DNA of 51,963 nt from Nemertoderma westbladi (GCA_032718475.1 JAUCBJ010007559.1:1-51963); one strand, 5' to 3'. Counted from the first letter of the stretch, positions 1 to 12,627 are shown. Translations and numbers: made by a program. The notes: generated from the sequence alone by a model not told the origin.

Positions 1-455
1 ACCCTAACTCTCTCACACTCGGACCTCCTCGTCCCTCACTCAGCCTCTTATTCTCCCCCCCACACTAGAATTGCGTCCGCACTCTCTCCGCACTCCGCAC
101 TATTATTCCGTCCCTCAACCTCACTTCGACTGTCTCTTCCCTTCTGACGAATCTCCCCCCCCCCTCTCGTGCCGTCGCACTCAAGAAGTGTGAAATTGTC
201 TGGTGTCTCGTCCATAGTGCCATAGTCAGTTGTCCCCCAGTCCCAGTAGCTAATTGAGAAAGGTTGTATGACTATAGTACTTACTCCGAACGTATATATT
301 TCTAGATTACTAATTACTACGTACGTACATACAAATTGCACTTATATGATTATTTGCATTAATTGAATTTGTACTTAATAGTTCGTACATCCCACGCGGC
401 GCCTACCAGGCGTACCACGTCCAAGTCCCAGTCTCTCTCCCTCGACTCTGGGAAC

Positions 456-2943
456 CTATCTGTTCCTCCGGGGGTAGTTCCCCCTGGCGTCCTCTTCCCT
501 GGGTCGTTTCTTGGTTATCACCGTTCCTCTGGCATCATCCGCTTTCTGCTTTCGGACCTTCGCCGCCACTTCCTTGCTGATCCCGGTCGTTGGCTCCTTG
601 GGCGCTGGTGTTATTAGTGTCCGATATCGCTTCGCCGGTGGCCCCTCAGAATGGCCCGGTTGTCTCCCTCTAGTGGCGTCCCATAGGATCATTTTCATTG
701 CCTTTGGTACGTGCTCCGCCAAGAAATCCCTAAACTCCCTTCGGTTCTCTGGCGTCCACCTGTCCAGATACCTTTGCGTGTTCATCACTCCAGCGTACGA
801 CGCCGCCGTTGCTACCTCTTGCTAGGTAAACGGTAGCCTCCGCTTTATGATTTCCATGCGTCATGGCCCCGACGTCGGCCCACTCCTCGAATCTTGTGAA
901 CTTCTCCTCGTCGTTCATCCAGTCGCACTCGCGTCCGTAGTGTCCCCGAAAGTGGCACTTTGGACATCGGTTATGCAACCGTGGACACGCCCCCATCCTG
1001 TGACTTGGTTCTCTGCAGTAGAGACAAAAGGTTCCATTTTGGAACCGGTATAGGCAGCTGCTTTCCCGATGGGTCTGTCTCCCACAGTAGTCGCAGCCGA
1101 GTACCAATGTCTCCCGTCCCACCTCGTCTTTCGTCCCAAGCGATCTCCGCGGTCTGTGGAGTCGCTGGTAGGCGAACTTCTCTACGTTGGTCTCTCTATC
1201 TACGTCGATCTCTCCGCCCCTCTCGGGCATCGTCTCCCCGAATACTATCCGTGGTGCCGTCCCCGGTTGCTCGCCCAACCTGATGGTGCTCCCCGCGAAA
1301 TCCATCGCCGGCTCCTCATGCACCCAGGTCCGCTTGCCGGATCTGTTCCAGAAGGCCCTCGCCCCACTGGCCGTCACCACCCTTCCGCCAACCCAGTCCG
1401 TGTCCGAGTGGCCTATCCTCTCGATGGGCGGCATCTCTCCGAACTCGTCGTCGTCGTCCTCCTCTTCTGGTAGTGTCTCCAATCCCGGTATCCCGATGGA
1501 TCCACTATGTCCCTTCCCGCCTTGGCTCTCGCCCGTAGCTCTCCATCCCTCTAGCTCCCTTAACTTCCTTGGCGGTTGGTCGCCCTCGGCGCCCGCTGGT
1601 ATGGGCATCGTTTGCAACCCCGACGTCGACTGTTTCGGCGATCCCACCGTCCATCCCAATTCTCGCCCTAGAGACTCCCCCGAACTCCCTGACGAAGTCC
1701 AATGAAGTTCGTCTAGGCCCGCCTGTTCCTCGAAGCCGTAACTCTGTGTCCTGGCCTCCTCTTCCCTCTCCTCTGCTTCTATCCTCTCCCGTCTAGCGAC
1801 TTCTTCCAGTCGCTTTGCTTCTCGTCTATCCGTCTCTAGCTGCTCCCATCTCTGATACGGTGTATCTGTCTCCCCGTCTACCAGATGTCGGCTGTTGTAG
1901 TACACCGACTCGCCCTTCAGCCCCGGGTGGTCTACCAGACCGTCAAAGGCCACTTTAAAGGCTCTCCTGTAGCTTAGGGGTGATCCCGATAACAGAAATG
2001 CCCCTGGTTCCCTCTCGATAATCACGGTCATGAATAAGTTAAGCAAACTTATCATCATCCAGTCCTCCTGCAGGATATATCGCTTCTGATATACCTTTAT
2101 CGCTCCCCTGCGGAACTGATATACCTCCTGCTTTCCCGGTCTCGCTCCCCACTTTAGCGAGTTCGCTAGTTCTGCTCCGTATTCTTCCCCAAACTTCCCC
2201 CAGTCCATCGGTTTGTGGCATACGAGCCCCAATAATTGGCCCATTGCCACCGCCCCGCATTGGCCTGCGTTTTCGACTACCCCCAATCCATCCGGTGCCA
2301 TCATAGCCATAAAGACTTTCTGCATATCCAGGAGGTTGGTGGCGTCCGGACCGATGATCCTCTCCGCGTCCTCGCGAATCGCCGATCCCACTTTCGTCGT
2401 CGACTTCTCTCTTACTAAGACTTGTACCGCTTTCGGTAATCGGTCTAATTTCGGCCCGTCCTTCTTCCCATACGTCCCTAGGTCGAATAAGAAGGTGTCC
2501 CCATTTGGCGCGGCCAAATGTAGGAGTATGGTCCTGGCCGACCCTGCCGTTCCTCGTCTCGAACCCGTCTCGTCTTCCACGGTTCCCTCGTCATCTAGGA
2601 TCATATATCCTCCTCTGTTGACGGACTCTATGAATCTCTTCCAGTCCTTCCTCGGTGATTCCCTCGGGTATTTCGGTATCCCGAACTTCGCCTCGTCCCC
2701 TTTCACCACGTAGTGGAAGTGTTGGAAGATCGCGTTGTCCAGCGACGGGGTCCCGTAGGTCCCGACCAGCCGCTGTTCGTGCGCCTCCCGGAAGTGATCT
2801 TGCAGCGCTCGTGCCGCGTGACCCCTTTCCAACCTCTCGTAGTATCCTCTCGTCTTCTCTTCCGGATGCCTCTCGGTGAAATCCACCAGTATCTCCTTTC
2901 CTCCTGACTCCGCCTTTCTCTTTCTGATCAACTTACTCGCCAT
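456..2943 (-). CDS. Accessory ORF of element A: DEDDy-like 3'-5' exonuclease + acidic linker + 3 CCHC-type knuckles + C-terminal domain (tail disrupted near 820-860)
   Basis: 737-aa ORF 730-2943. It contains ILDDEG (ExoI-like), ILLHLAAPNGDTFLFDL, LPKAVQVLVREKSTTKVGSAIRED (ExoII-like), LLDMQ and QKRYILQED (ExoIII-like), then CDYCGRQTHRESSC, CLYCREPSHRMGAC, CPKCHFRGHYGREC. The homologue at 25769-26220 shows the true tail continues in the 456-788 frame. Confidence 0.8.
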
Positions 2944-3429
2944 TCCGAACGTTCACTCGCTCACCTGCAAGGTGGTGCCTTACCAAGGCGCAATACAGAT
3001 GAGTGATGTATCTAGGATGTTCTGTACAGTTCGATAATGGCCTATTTCCTACTTAACTGCGCCTTTTAACCTAAATTATTCCTAATTAATTTTGAAGCGT
3101 AAATGAGCGTAATTTACAATTTCTGTCCGTTACTTTTATTATGTTCTAGAATAACTTCCCTTTTGTTGCCACTATTTTACAACTTTCAGCCCTATTCTAT
3201 TTATTTATTTATTTACTTTGATTCTACTGTCCTACTACTTACTACTGCCTATGGATTATTCTATTCTCTAATCCACATTCTAGCCTACTCTGTGGGTCTA
3301 TGCAGTACAGCAGTATGCGTCGTGTGGCCACACGACTTATCCAGCTGTACTCATATGCCCCCCTCTCTCTACTAACTGCTAACTAATACCTATATCTATA
3401 TCCCCTTTTTACCTCTTACTCTCTCTCTT

Positions 3430-4030
3430 CTAACTAACGGTACTACGTACCCTCTAACTCTTCTCTAACTAACTAGCGCTACTTACGTACCCTCTAACTC
3501 TCTAACTAACTATTGGTACTACGTACCCTCTAACTCTAACTAACTAGCGGTACTACGTACCCTCTAACTCTCTAACTAACTATCGGTACTACGTACCCTC
3601 TAACTCTAACTAACTAGCGGTACTACGTACCCTCTAACTCTCTAACTAACTATCGGTACTACGTACCCTCTAACTCTAACTAACTAGCGGTACTACGTAC
3701 CCTCTAACTCTCTGACTAACTATCGGTACTACGTACCCTCTAACTCTAACTAACTAGCGGTACTACGTACCCTCTAACTCTCTAACTAACTATCGGTACT
3801 ACGTACCCTCTAACTCTAACTAACTAGCGGTACTACGTACCCTCTAACTAACTCTCTAACTAACTATCGGTACTACGTACCCTCTAACTCTAACTAACTA
3901 GCGGTACTACGTACCCTCTAACTAACTCTCTAACTGGCGGTACTACGTACCTCCTAACTAACTAACTAACTAGGTACTACGTACCTTCTTACTAACTCTC
4001 TGCCTACTTAGGTAGGAACTGCGTACCTAA
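3430..4030. repeat. Tandem array of 34/36-bp units (70-bp dimer) with GGTAC-tac-GTACC mini-hairpin core, about 16 copies
   Basis: taactagcggtactacgtaccctc recurs at 3541, 3611, 3681 and 3751, alternating with a tatcggtact variant. A T-run of about 21 nt follows near 4039-4059. Confidence 0.95.
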
Positions 4031-4147
4031 CATGTACTATTTTTTTTTTTTTTTTTTTTATTATTTTGTTTGTGGGAAGGGCGTCTCGCCCTCAATCCCA
4101 CCCCCCTCAGTCCAAAACTTGGACGACTAAACTTTTCTCTAACTCTG

Positions 4148-5200
4148 CTAAGGTGCCCCTTCTAATAGACAGCATTTGCCTACAGCTCTCCTGTAGGTTT
4201 TTCTGTCCTTTGCACCTATCTTCCCACCTATCCGCACTTCTACCAATCGGACTCTTCCCTCCTCGTCGGAGTAGGTGTCCACAACTCTCGCCAACCGCCA
4301 TTGGTTGTTGATGATAGTATCATCCGTAACGATTACGAGATCTCCCTCTCTTAACTCCCTGTTTGACTTCCTCCACTTGCTTCGTTTATGGAGTGTGGGT
4401 AGGTATTCCTCGACCCACCTCCTCCAATACTCTGCGCTTATTGCTTTAGCGACTTTCCAACTTTGGCGGGAGTGTATGTCATCTGGGTCTACACCCCGCA
4501 TATCGATGGTCGCTGGCCTTTCCATCAGGAAATGGCTAGGCGTCAACACGTCTAGTGACTCAGGGTCATCATTCTCCGGATATAGCGGTCTGCTATTAAT
4601 GATCCCCTCGCACTTCGCAAGTACTGTACGTAAGACGTCCTCAGTGACCATGTGGGTGTTCATTAGCTTCGTCATTAGACGCTTTGAACTGCCCACCTGT
4701 CTCTCGACGCATCCTAGTGTATGTGGTGCATACGGCGTCCTTCTCTCCCATTTTACTTGTCGTCTCCTCATGGCTGCCTTGACTTCTTCTCCCTCCAAGA
4801 TGTCCAAGGCCTCTGCCATCTCACTCTCTGCGCCCACAAAGTTGGTGCCGTTGTCGCTGTATATCACTGCGATCGTCCCACCTTTGCGGTCCCTAAACCT
4901 TTCTAAGGCATTAATGAACGCTGATGCGGTTGCATCTTGGGCGAGTTCTATCCCTACCGCCCGCGTATTGTTGCATACGAAGATAATGCCGTAGCGTTTC
5001 TCCGTGTGTCGCATCACTTTGATCTTTATCGGCCCGAACATGTCCACACCGCAATGCGTAAATGGCGGGTCGTGCTGTCTTACCCTACTCGCCGGTAGTG
5101 GCGCCATCTCCTGTATGGCTCGCTCCTTCTTCGCTCGTCGGCAGGTCTGGCACTGCCCCACTACCGCTTTAACCTTCTTCCTTAATTGTTTGACCCAATA
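4148..5200 (-). pseudogene. Integrase (rve core + BEL C-terminal domain) of element A, frameshifted from upstream pol
   Basis: CQTC, PFTHCGVDMFGP, IYSDNGTNFVGA, VERQVG, INSRPL, LTPSHFL, WRLARV. Frameshift near 5200 (frame ...YWVKQLRKKVKAVVGQCQTC). Confidence 0.93.
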
Positions 5201-6806
5201 GGTCCTCCTTTATCTCTGTGAGGGTTCGGTTGGTGCCCCCGTGCAATATCGATTTGTCCCATATCGAGTCCCATATAATCTGGTGGACTATTGGCGATCC
5301 TGTAGGAATGATGATGATGGGTTTTGGTGGTACGACTATGCTGTTGTTGTATCCCACCCTAGAATTCATTACTAGAATCCCGTCGTCATTGAGTTGTGGC
5401 GACAGCGTAATCAGCTCGCTGTCCCGTCGGAGGTGCTGTTGGTTACCGACGCGTTCCACCTCGTCGCCGTAGTTCTTCCGTTGTTCATAGCGGATCACTG
5501 CCTTGGCCGCTCCTTCCAGATCTATGGTTGTTCTGATCTTCTTGTCCTTGCCGACTCCCGCAAGGAAGTTCCCGAAGGCTCTCCAGTACGCCACCAGTTT
5601 CTTGGTCTTATACCAACTAGAACTGTAGCTGAGGAGTTTATCCGTCGGGTTATCGCACAGTTCCCGTCCTGGTTGCACGTCCCTAATCTCCCTCACCATC
5701 TGGGAGTATATCTCTTCTCCCTCTGAATCTCCCTCTTCTCCTTCTGATACTACTTCCGAGCCCGGGTCCACCTTCCTCATCGGCGGCCAGGCCTCCCTAT
5801 CGCTCAGAAATTGTGGCCCATGTTGCCACAATACTTCCTTCTTCAGGAAAGTGTGGCGTTCCACGCCCCTTGACAGCAAGTCCGCTGGGTTCTCGTCTGT
5901 TGGGCAGTAGTGCCACATTTCCAGTTCTGTGCTCGCCCTTATTTCGTCCACTCTATTCGCGACGAATATCGGGTATCTCGTCCTTTCGTTATGTAGCCAA
6001 CCAAGCACTACCATGGAGTCCGTCCAGTAGTGTGTCTCCACTATGTTGGGAATAGTATCCACTAGGTAGGCTGTGGCTCTTACTCCTAGTCTCGCAGCTG
6101 TCAATTCTAACTTGGGAACTGATGCTGAATCTGGCGGCGTTGACTTTGCTTTGCTAAAGGCTAGTCTGGGCTTATGAGCCCCCTCTCGTTGTACTAAATA
6201 GAGTGCCGCTCCGTACGCTTCCAACGACGCGTCGGAGAACATGTGTAGGTCCAGATTCGTCATGTTCCCATCCGGGAAATACACCCTTGGCATGTTGTAT
6301 GTTCCCATCTTCTCCAAGTTTCCTGTCCACTTGCTCCACTGCTTCTTGATTTCCTCTGGTACCTCTACGTCCCACTCATCTTTCAATTTGTATACTCTCT
6401 TGAGTATCTGTTTCCCCGTGACTAATAATGGGGATGCTAGGCCTAGGGGATCGTATATCCTTGCTATATACGATACATAACCCCTCTTCGTGTGGATGTC
6501 TGCGCCCTCCTGGCTCAGCTGATACTTCAGTTCGTCTGTCTCTCTATCCCACACGATTCCCAATGCCTTCTGCTGGGATTCCGTTCTGTTAATCGCCATG
6601 TCCTGCCCTTTGGCTGTTGTGGGATTATCCATGGTCGATTCTGGTTTCCTGTCCTCTATGGCTTTGATAAATTCTTCCGAACTGGATTGGAATTTTGTCA
6701 GGTTAAAGCCGGATCCCTTTAGGATGTCGCGAACCTCGCGCCCTGTATCCAGTATCTCCTTAACCGTATTTCCAGACTCCATTCCGTCGTCTACGTAGAA
6801 ACCGCG
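5169..6806 (-). pseudogene. RT C-terminal part (YVDD) and Pao-type RNase H of element A
   Basis: RGFYVDDGMES lies directly after the in-frame TGA at 6807-6809. Also KALGIVW, IYDPLG, LHMFSDAS, PKLELTAA, YWTDS, FVANRV, NPADLLSRG, HGG. Confidence 0.93.
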
Positions 6807-8729
6807 TCAAATCATATCGACGGCCCTACTGCTGTATTTATCTTCCTTCCCCTTTACTGTGTCTCTTACTGCCATAGTCGTCGTAAATGAAGACGACTTG
6901 GCCCCCATGTTCTGTACTACCATCTTATATGCTGGTATTATCGGCGGTTCTTCTTCGCCGTTATACCATAAGAAGCGTTGACTGTCGCTATCTTCTTCCG
7001 TTACACGGACTTGGTTGAACATGCCTTCTATGTCACACGTGAAGGCGAGTTTCCCATTTCTAAATCTAAGTAACACCTCTATGCCCGAATTGTAAATGTT
7101 TGGGCCTTCTAACAGGTAATCGTTTAAGCACTTCCCGTCGGTCTTTGCCGATGCGTCGACTACCATCCTTAGTTTACCTTTCTTTGGGTCTAAAGCCACG
7201 TGCAGTGGCAGGTAGTATGTTCTATCCGTGTTCGGCTGGTCGACCGGTAACTCCACGGCCCATCCTTTCTCGACGTACTTCTTAATTGTTCTGTGGATGT
7301 ACTCATTCTTCTCGGGGCTCCGTTTTAGTGTTTGTTTCAGCTTGCGGAGTCTCGTGAGTACCATCCCCCTATTATCGGGCAGCGGTATCTTTGGTAGTTT
7401 CCATACCATTCCTATAGTATACCGTCCCTCATCGCACGTCATTGATTCCTCCACGCTTTGTAGAGCCTGCTTGTCTTCTACCGAGGTCCCGACCCCGGTT
7501 TCTTTCAGTCCCTCGAAATCCTGTCTGAGCAGTCTTTTGAGCTGCTCCTCTGCTCCCTTGTCACCCATTTCCTGCATTGTTCCCGCGAACATGCATCCTG
7601 ATGTCTCCGACATCCTGAATGGTATCTTGCTCTTGATGGGACCACTCAGCGTCCACCCGAATGGTGTTAATATGGCCACCGGGTCACTCTGCTTGTCTTC
7701 GCCGAAGACCGTTTGCATTCTTTCGTGGGCCGTTGGGCAGTCCATACCTACTATGATGGATACCTTCCTAACGTCCACGTCTGGGATTGAGAAGTCAATG
7801 TTGTCCAGGAATTTATTCTGCTCGACCTCGATGTTGGTTGGCCGCCTGGCATTGATATTAATTGACTCTATCACTTGAATGGGATCGATGGTTGCCCCAT
7901 AGTCGCATCCTGGTGCCACTGCTGCAATTGCGCACCGTCCTGTTCTCATCTCCAGGATCTCATCTTTGCTAGAGATGGTTGTTACCGCCATCCTGCTTGG
8001 CCTCGTTCTCAATCCTATCTCCTCGGCCACCCATTCCTCGACTAATGTGAAGGCAGCTCCACTATCAACCAGCATTAGTGTTGTTACTGATCGATTGCCT
8101 TCCCCGATCACTCGTACTGGTACTACTCCAAGTAGCACCATTCCTCTCTTCTTCGCCCCTACTGTGCTCGTCGCCATCGTTTGGCCTCTCCTTTGACCAA
8201 ATTTCATTGGCTTCTCCTTGCACTCCCTTGCTGTATGTCCACTCATTACACATCGCGAGCAGATTTTATTGCTGAACGCATAGTCTATCTGATCTTGCCT
8301 AGGTAGCGCCTGCCAGTACCTGCAGTTCATAGTTTGATGAAGCGCATTTGCGTGTAGCTGGCATTTGCTCTTTGGGTCGTAGCCCTCTTTATACAGTGCA
8401 TTGCGTATCGCAGTTGCGTTCGTACCAAAGTCCCTACTATTCTTATTGTTTGGGTTTTGCCTATTGGACCTACTGGGGTTATGTTTATTCGTGTTGTTAT
8501 TGTTTCCCTGTCCGTTCCATGATGTTGTCTTATCCTCGGCTAGCTGTGGACTTGCAGTCCCCTGCGTTGCTGCATATGGCAATGATTGCCTGAGTCTCGG
8601 TAATGCGCTTGATGTGTTGTGCTCTGGTTTCGGTCTATGGTAGTCTGTCTTCGGTCCCTTTCCCAGGCTGTCTTCGCTATAGACTGGGTCAGTTATTAGT
8701 TCAGCCTCGTAGTTTAAGAAGTTTGACAT
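6807..8729 (-). pseudogene. Gag zinc knuckles, aspartic protease and RT N-terminal part of element A
   Basis: CSRCVMSGHTAREC, LVDSGA, YYLPLH, KLRMVVDASAK, CLNDYLLEGPN, LLRFR, DIEGMFNQV, QRFLW. Ends at a premature TGA four codons before YVDD. Confidence 0.92.
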
Positions 8730-8821
8730 TTCTTCTAAACCCGGTTCCGCACCCTTCCTATCTCGAGTGGAGAAGGCGATTTTCCTCCACTTGTTGCGCA
8801 GCCAGTTTGGTAGTGCCTGCG

Positions 8822-10270
8822 CTATCGTGGTGATGTTGTTGGACGCATTGAGCGCGCGTCTAGCGTCTTCAGCACGATTAGAGCCTTTTCGACTTTGTTA
8901 GCGAACGTCTTAATGCTAACGGGATTATCCTGTAGGCCACCCGATGTTATGCCTCTCAGCGTCTGCCTGATGATCTTGGCCGGGTACCCGTATTCCCTAT
9001 CCAGTGCCCGCCATGCTGTCGTGAAGCCGCCCTCTATTCCTTGATATTGCCTCACGATGTCGTATGCTGGGCCTCCCGTGTACACTTGCAGATACTTTAG
9101 GCACTCCGCCTGCGTCAAGTTCTTTGTTAGTATTTCGTTACTATACATGCGCCGAAACTGTAGATATTCTTCCGGCCTGCTCCCATCGAATTTGAATGGT
9201 TCCACGGGTGGTAACTCGATCCTCGTTTTCAACGCATCGATCAACGTGGCCATCCCCATCGCCTGCGCTTCCAATGGATTCGATGGATGCTGCATGGTTT
9301 CTCCTGTCTGGTGCGTTCCGTCTGTCCTATTTCTTGACTTTCTCTGACTTGGGTATGTCATCGGGGGTAGCGGCCCCCTCCATATGTCTGTATCACACGA
9401 CCTATTCTCATCCAAGGGTCTCGTTGTTCTTGCCCCTATCGGGGTATATTGTTGATATTGTGATGGGGGAATGTCACCCTGTCCCCCCCCCCCCACCGGT
9501 ATGTTTGGTACTGGGGTTGATGTTAATATGTTGGGGCCCATACACCTATCCGCAATAATTCCCCCTTCCCCTGGGTATATGTTATGTCCCTGCATGCTGT
9601 AGTCATACTGCTGTGCTGGTACCGGTATAGGCCTATCAGCTTCTGGCCTACTCGCCGGTATGTATTCCGCGACTTCCGGGTTTAATCCCGTTGTCCACGC
9701 CATCCTATCGCCTACATTGCCTCTCTCAGTATGGCCTATTGTATGTGCAGTAAGGCCTACAGTATGTCCTACAGTCTGCATGTGTCGCTCGGGATCGAAG
9801 TTTATTCTTCTCGAATAATCCTCCCCGCGGCTACCGTATTCTCGATCGATAGGTGTATTCCGCCGGAAAGTTTCTCTTCGACCCCCCTCTCCACTGTTCT
9901 CATCTTCATACCGGTATATCGCGTACCCCTCTCTCGGCGCGTAGTGCGCCTCGCCGGGTCGCATCTCTCCGGGGCGACGGCAATCTCCCGGAGTCCGACC
10001 CCACTGACTCTCTGTTCTCATCTCGACTACTGACGGCTCGCTATCCGTCCTCGCTCTTCTATCGTTCGCGGCGATACCTCTACTACTGTCTTCTCTTCTT
10101 CTCCTTTCAGTGGAGCGTTCCCGTTCGTGAGATCTCTCGTCGACCTCCCGGTTAAACCCCACTGTTCTTCTTCCCTCTTCTGATCGGGCTCGACGCTTCG
10201 TCCGCCCTCTTACGACGTCAACCTGTCTCTCACTGCTCGGTCGCACGCCGCCCGCTGGGGATACTCGCAA
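8822..10270 (-). pseudogene. Gag core (DUF1759-like) of element A
   Basis: LPPVEPFKFDGSRPEEYLQF...CLKYLQVYTGGPA...AWRALDREYG. Frameshift near 8855 into the downstream frame. Confidence 0.85.
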
Positions 10271-12568
10271 TCCCCCTATTACTTTCCGTCGGCGGTTGTT
10301 GCGGTTTACCTATTTCGGCCCGCGCATTATCCGCTGACGGCTGTGGGACACTCTCTGCCCCCCCCCCCCCTTTCACCGCTAACTCGCTGTTGTGGGGTTC
10401 TCGTAGCCCCCCCCCCCCCCCCACTCGCCACATCTAACTTCGCCACACCTCACCCCGCTACTATATCCCTCTCCAGTCGACACATCAACCCTACCGCGGT
10501 CGGGTCTATTCACCCCCGCCTCTCCCTCTGCTATTGCGTGGCCTACCAGGCCCTCTACTCCCTGTCTACCAACTATGTGGCCTACCAGGCCCTCGCTGGG
10601 TCTACCTAACCCAGCTATTCCCTGCCTACCAACTACATGGCCTACCAGGCCCTCCTCTGTCTGGCAATACACGCCCGACGTGTTTACATTAATAGCACCC
10701 GTATTGGAAACGGAATTAATTTGTTCGTTCGAAATAAAATCATTTGAATTATCTTGCGCGACTACACTATCTGAATTATTTTGTAAATTCGGGCTCGCTG
10801 AATTATTTAAGTTATTTAGATTATTTTGTGTTATTGCATTACTTAAATTATTTTGTAAGTTCGAATTTGGGTTATTACTTTGATTAATTGGATTATTTTG
10901 CGTAGATACATTAATATTAGAATTATTTTCTACATTAATATTAGGAATGTTCTGATTTAAATTTAAATTACTACCACTAGGTAAAGTATTTCCTGCAATA
11001 AAGGTTTGATTAGAATTGTCCCATACGGTACTATTAATATTGACCACGTCTACTGTACCATTATCATTATTACCCCCCCCCCCCCCCCCCCCGCCCGTAC
11101 GGTCACACCAGTTTTGAGTCTGTCATGCGGTCCCTGTAAGTGGGGTATTAATGAATGTATCCACGGCCCCCGGCTCCTCAAAAATACTCGAGCCAGCCTT
11201 GCTCTCAGACTCCCCCATCTGCGCCAGTTCCACCTCACGCGTGTGTACAGCTTCGTACTCTACGAGTTTGTCTCGCTGTTTCTCCAATTCTTTTCGCTCA
11301 CGCTCCACTTTCGCTATTTTATCCATAGCCTCCCGTTCGGTCTGCTTGGCCAATTCCACCTCTCTCCTAATCCCCTCCCTTCACCTCGCCTCACGCGCTC
11401 TACGCTCACTCTCCTCCCTCACTTCACGCTCTCTGCGTTCACTTTTCTCTCTCGCCACACGCTCTTCTTGTTCCTTCAACTCTATTTCATCATACTCCCT
11501 AAGGCTCCTCATGGCCCTTTCGGCCTTCTCTCTTATCTCTCCAATCGACGCCATTTCCCTCTCCAGCAGCACTCTCCCTTCCTCTAGCCGTCTACCTACT
11601 TCTCTATTACCTTGCACTGCTAGATTGAGACGGTACCTAGCGTCTATCTCTCTCACCCGTCTTTCTTTTGCGGAGGATGTAGCAGACTTATCGGTTGTGG
11701 AGGATTCCCTCCGCCTTCCCGATCTACTAGCTTTCCCCCTCCTTCCGGAACTCCCTCCGACCGACGAGACCGAATCCACGGGGTCAGCCTCGGATTCGCC
11801 CTCCTCAGGTCTGTTCCAACCCACTAATTTTACTCCCCGGGCATCGACCAAGTATGGCCCTATGTACACTGACGCTACGCTAGGTTCCATACTCCCACAT
11901 TCCCATAGTTCAAACAGTTCGCTGGCAACCCCTTTTGCTCTCTCCTCGGCTAGTTCCCTCTGCCCAAAACGCATTAGGTAATTAAAGTGTCTATCCGACT
12001 CACCTAGTCGTTTCCTCAGTCTCACCTCGTCTATCGTTTTCCCCTTTCTGGCCTCCTCTAGTAGTCTCCGGGTCGCGTTGTAGGCCCGTCGAAGTCGCTC
12101 AGAAACCCCGACGTCCTCGTCGCCAACCTCTCGTCCGTCTCTCCGGGTTCAACGTCGTACCGGCGGCCCCAGCGTCGCCGTTCCGGCGGGCCGTCCGTCG
12201 CCCTCGGCCTGTGGCTGGCCGGCGACATCGGTACCGATATCTCCTTCGTCTCTCTGCATCCGGGGCCGCACCGTCGGCCCCACCGTCGCCGTTTCGGCGG
12301 GCCACTCGTCGCCCTCAGCCTGTGGCTGGCCGGCGACACCGGTGCGTCGACCCCCGTCCCGTGTCGACTCGTCTCCGTCTCCCTCCGTCCCGCTCTCTCT
12401 TTCTCTCGGTTCGACCTCGGGTTCCAGGCCCCCCTCGTCCTGAACTGCCGGATGACCCGTTACCGATGGGTCCGGCGTCGTGGGCCTGTATCGCCTGGTT
12501 GCGGCCTCGCGGATCGTTAGCTCTTCGTCCGGGGTCCGCGTCGGTGTCGTGTCACCTGTCCGACTCAT
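10271..12568 (-). pseudogene. Long low-complexity Gag N-terminal region of element A, split into several ORFs
   Basis: Consecutive minus-strand ORFs (12149-12568, 11381-12025, 11123-11359, 10379-11047) with E/R coiled-coil and Asn-rich segments. Several breaks fall at poly-C runs. Confidence 0.6.
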
Positions 12569-12627
12569 CTCTCTTCTGCAGATTTCGGTGGCTAGTGGTT
12601 ATTGAGTTTATCTAGGGCGGCAGCTGG

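Noticed and set aside
730-860. Listed C-terminus of the 737-aa ORF (…HGNHKAEATV…EPKGV)
   Set aside because: Comparison with remnant C shows it is out-of-frame sequence after a deletion; the conserved tail is in the 456-788 frame.
730-2943. Envelope gene
   Set aside because: No signal peptide, fusion-protein cysteine pattern or convincing transmembrane anchor; the motifs are exonuclease- and knuckle-like.
3430-4030. CRISPR-like array next to a nuclease gene
   Set aside because: Units are contiguous with no unique spacers, the context is eukaryotic and there are no cas genes.
10350-11095. Programmed frameshifts at poly-C runs in gag
   Set aside because: Long homopolymers are more simply explained by slippage or sequencing error; this cannot be tested here.
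4275-11981. Numerous plus-strand ORFs (e.g. 4275-4994, 7228-7878, 11151-11981)
   Set aside because: They are antisense shadows of the gag-pol frames, with no motifs of their own.
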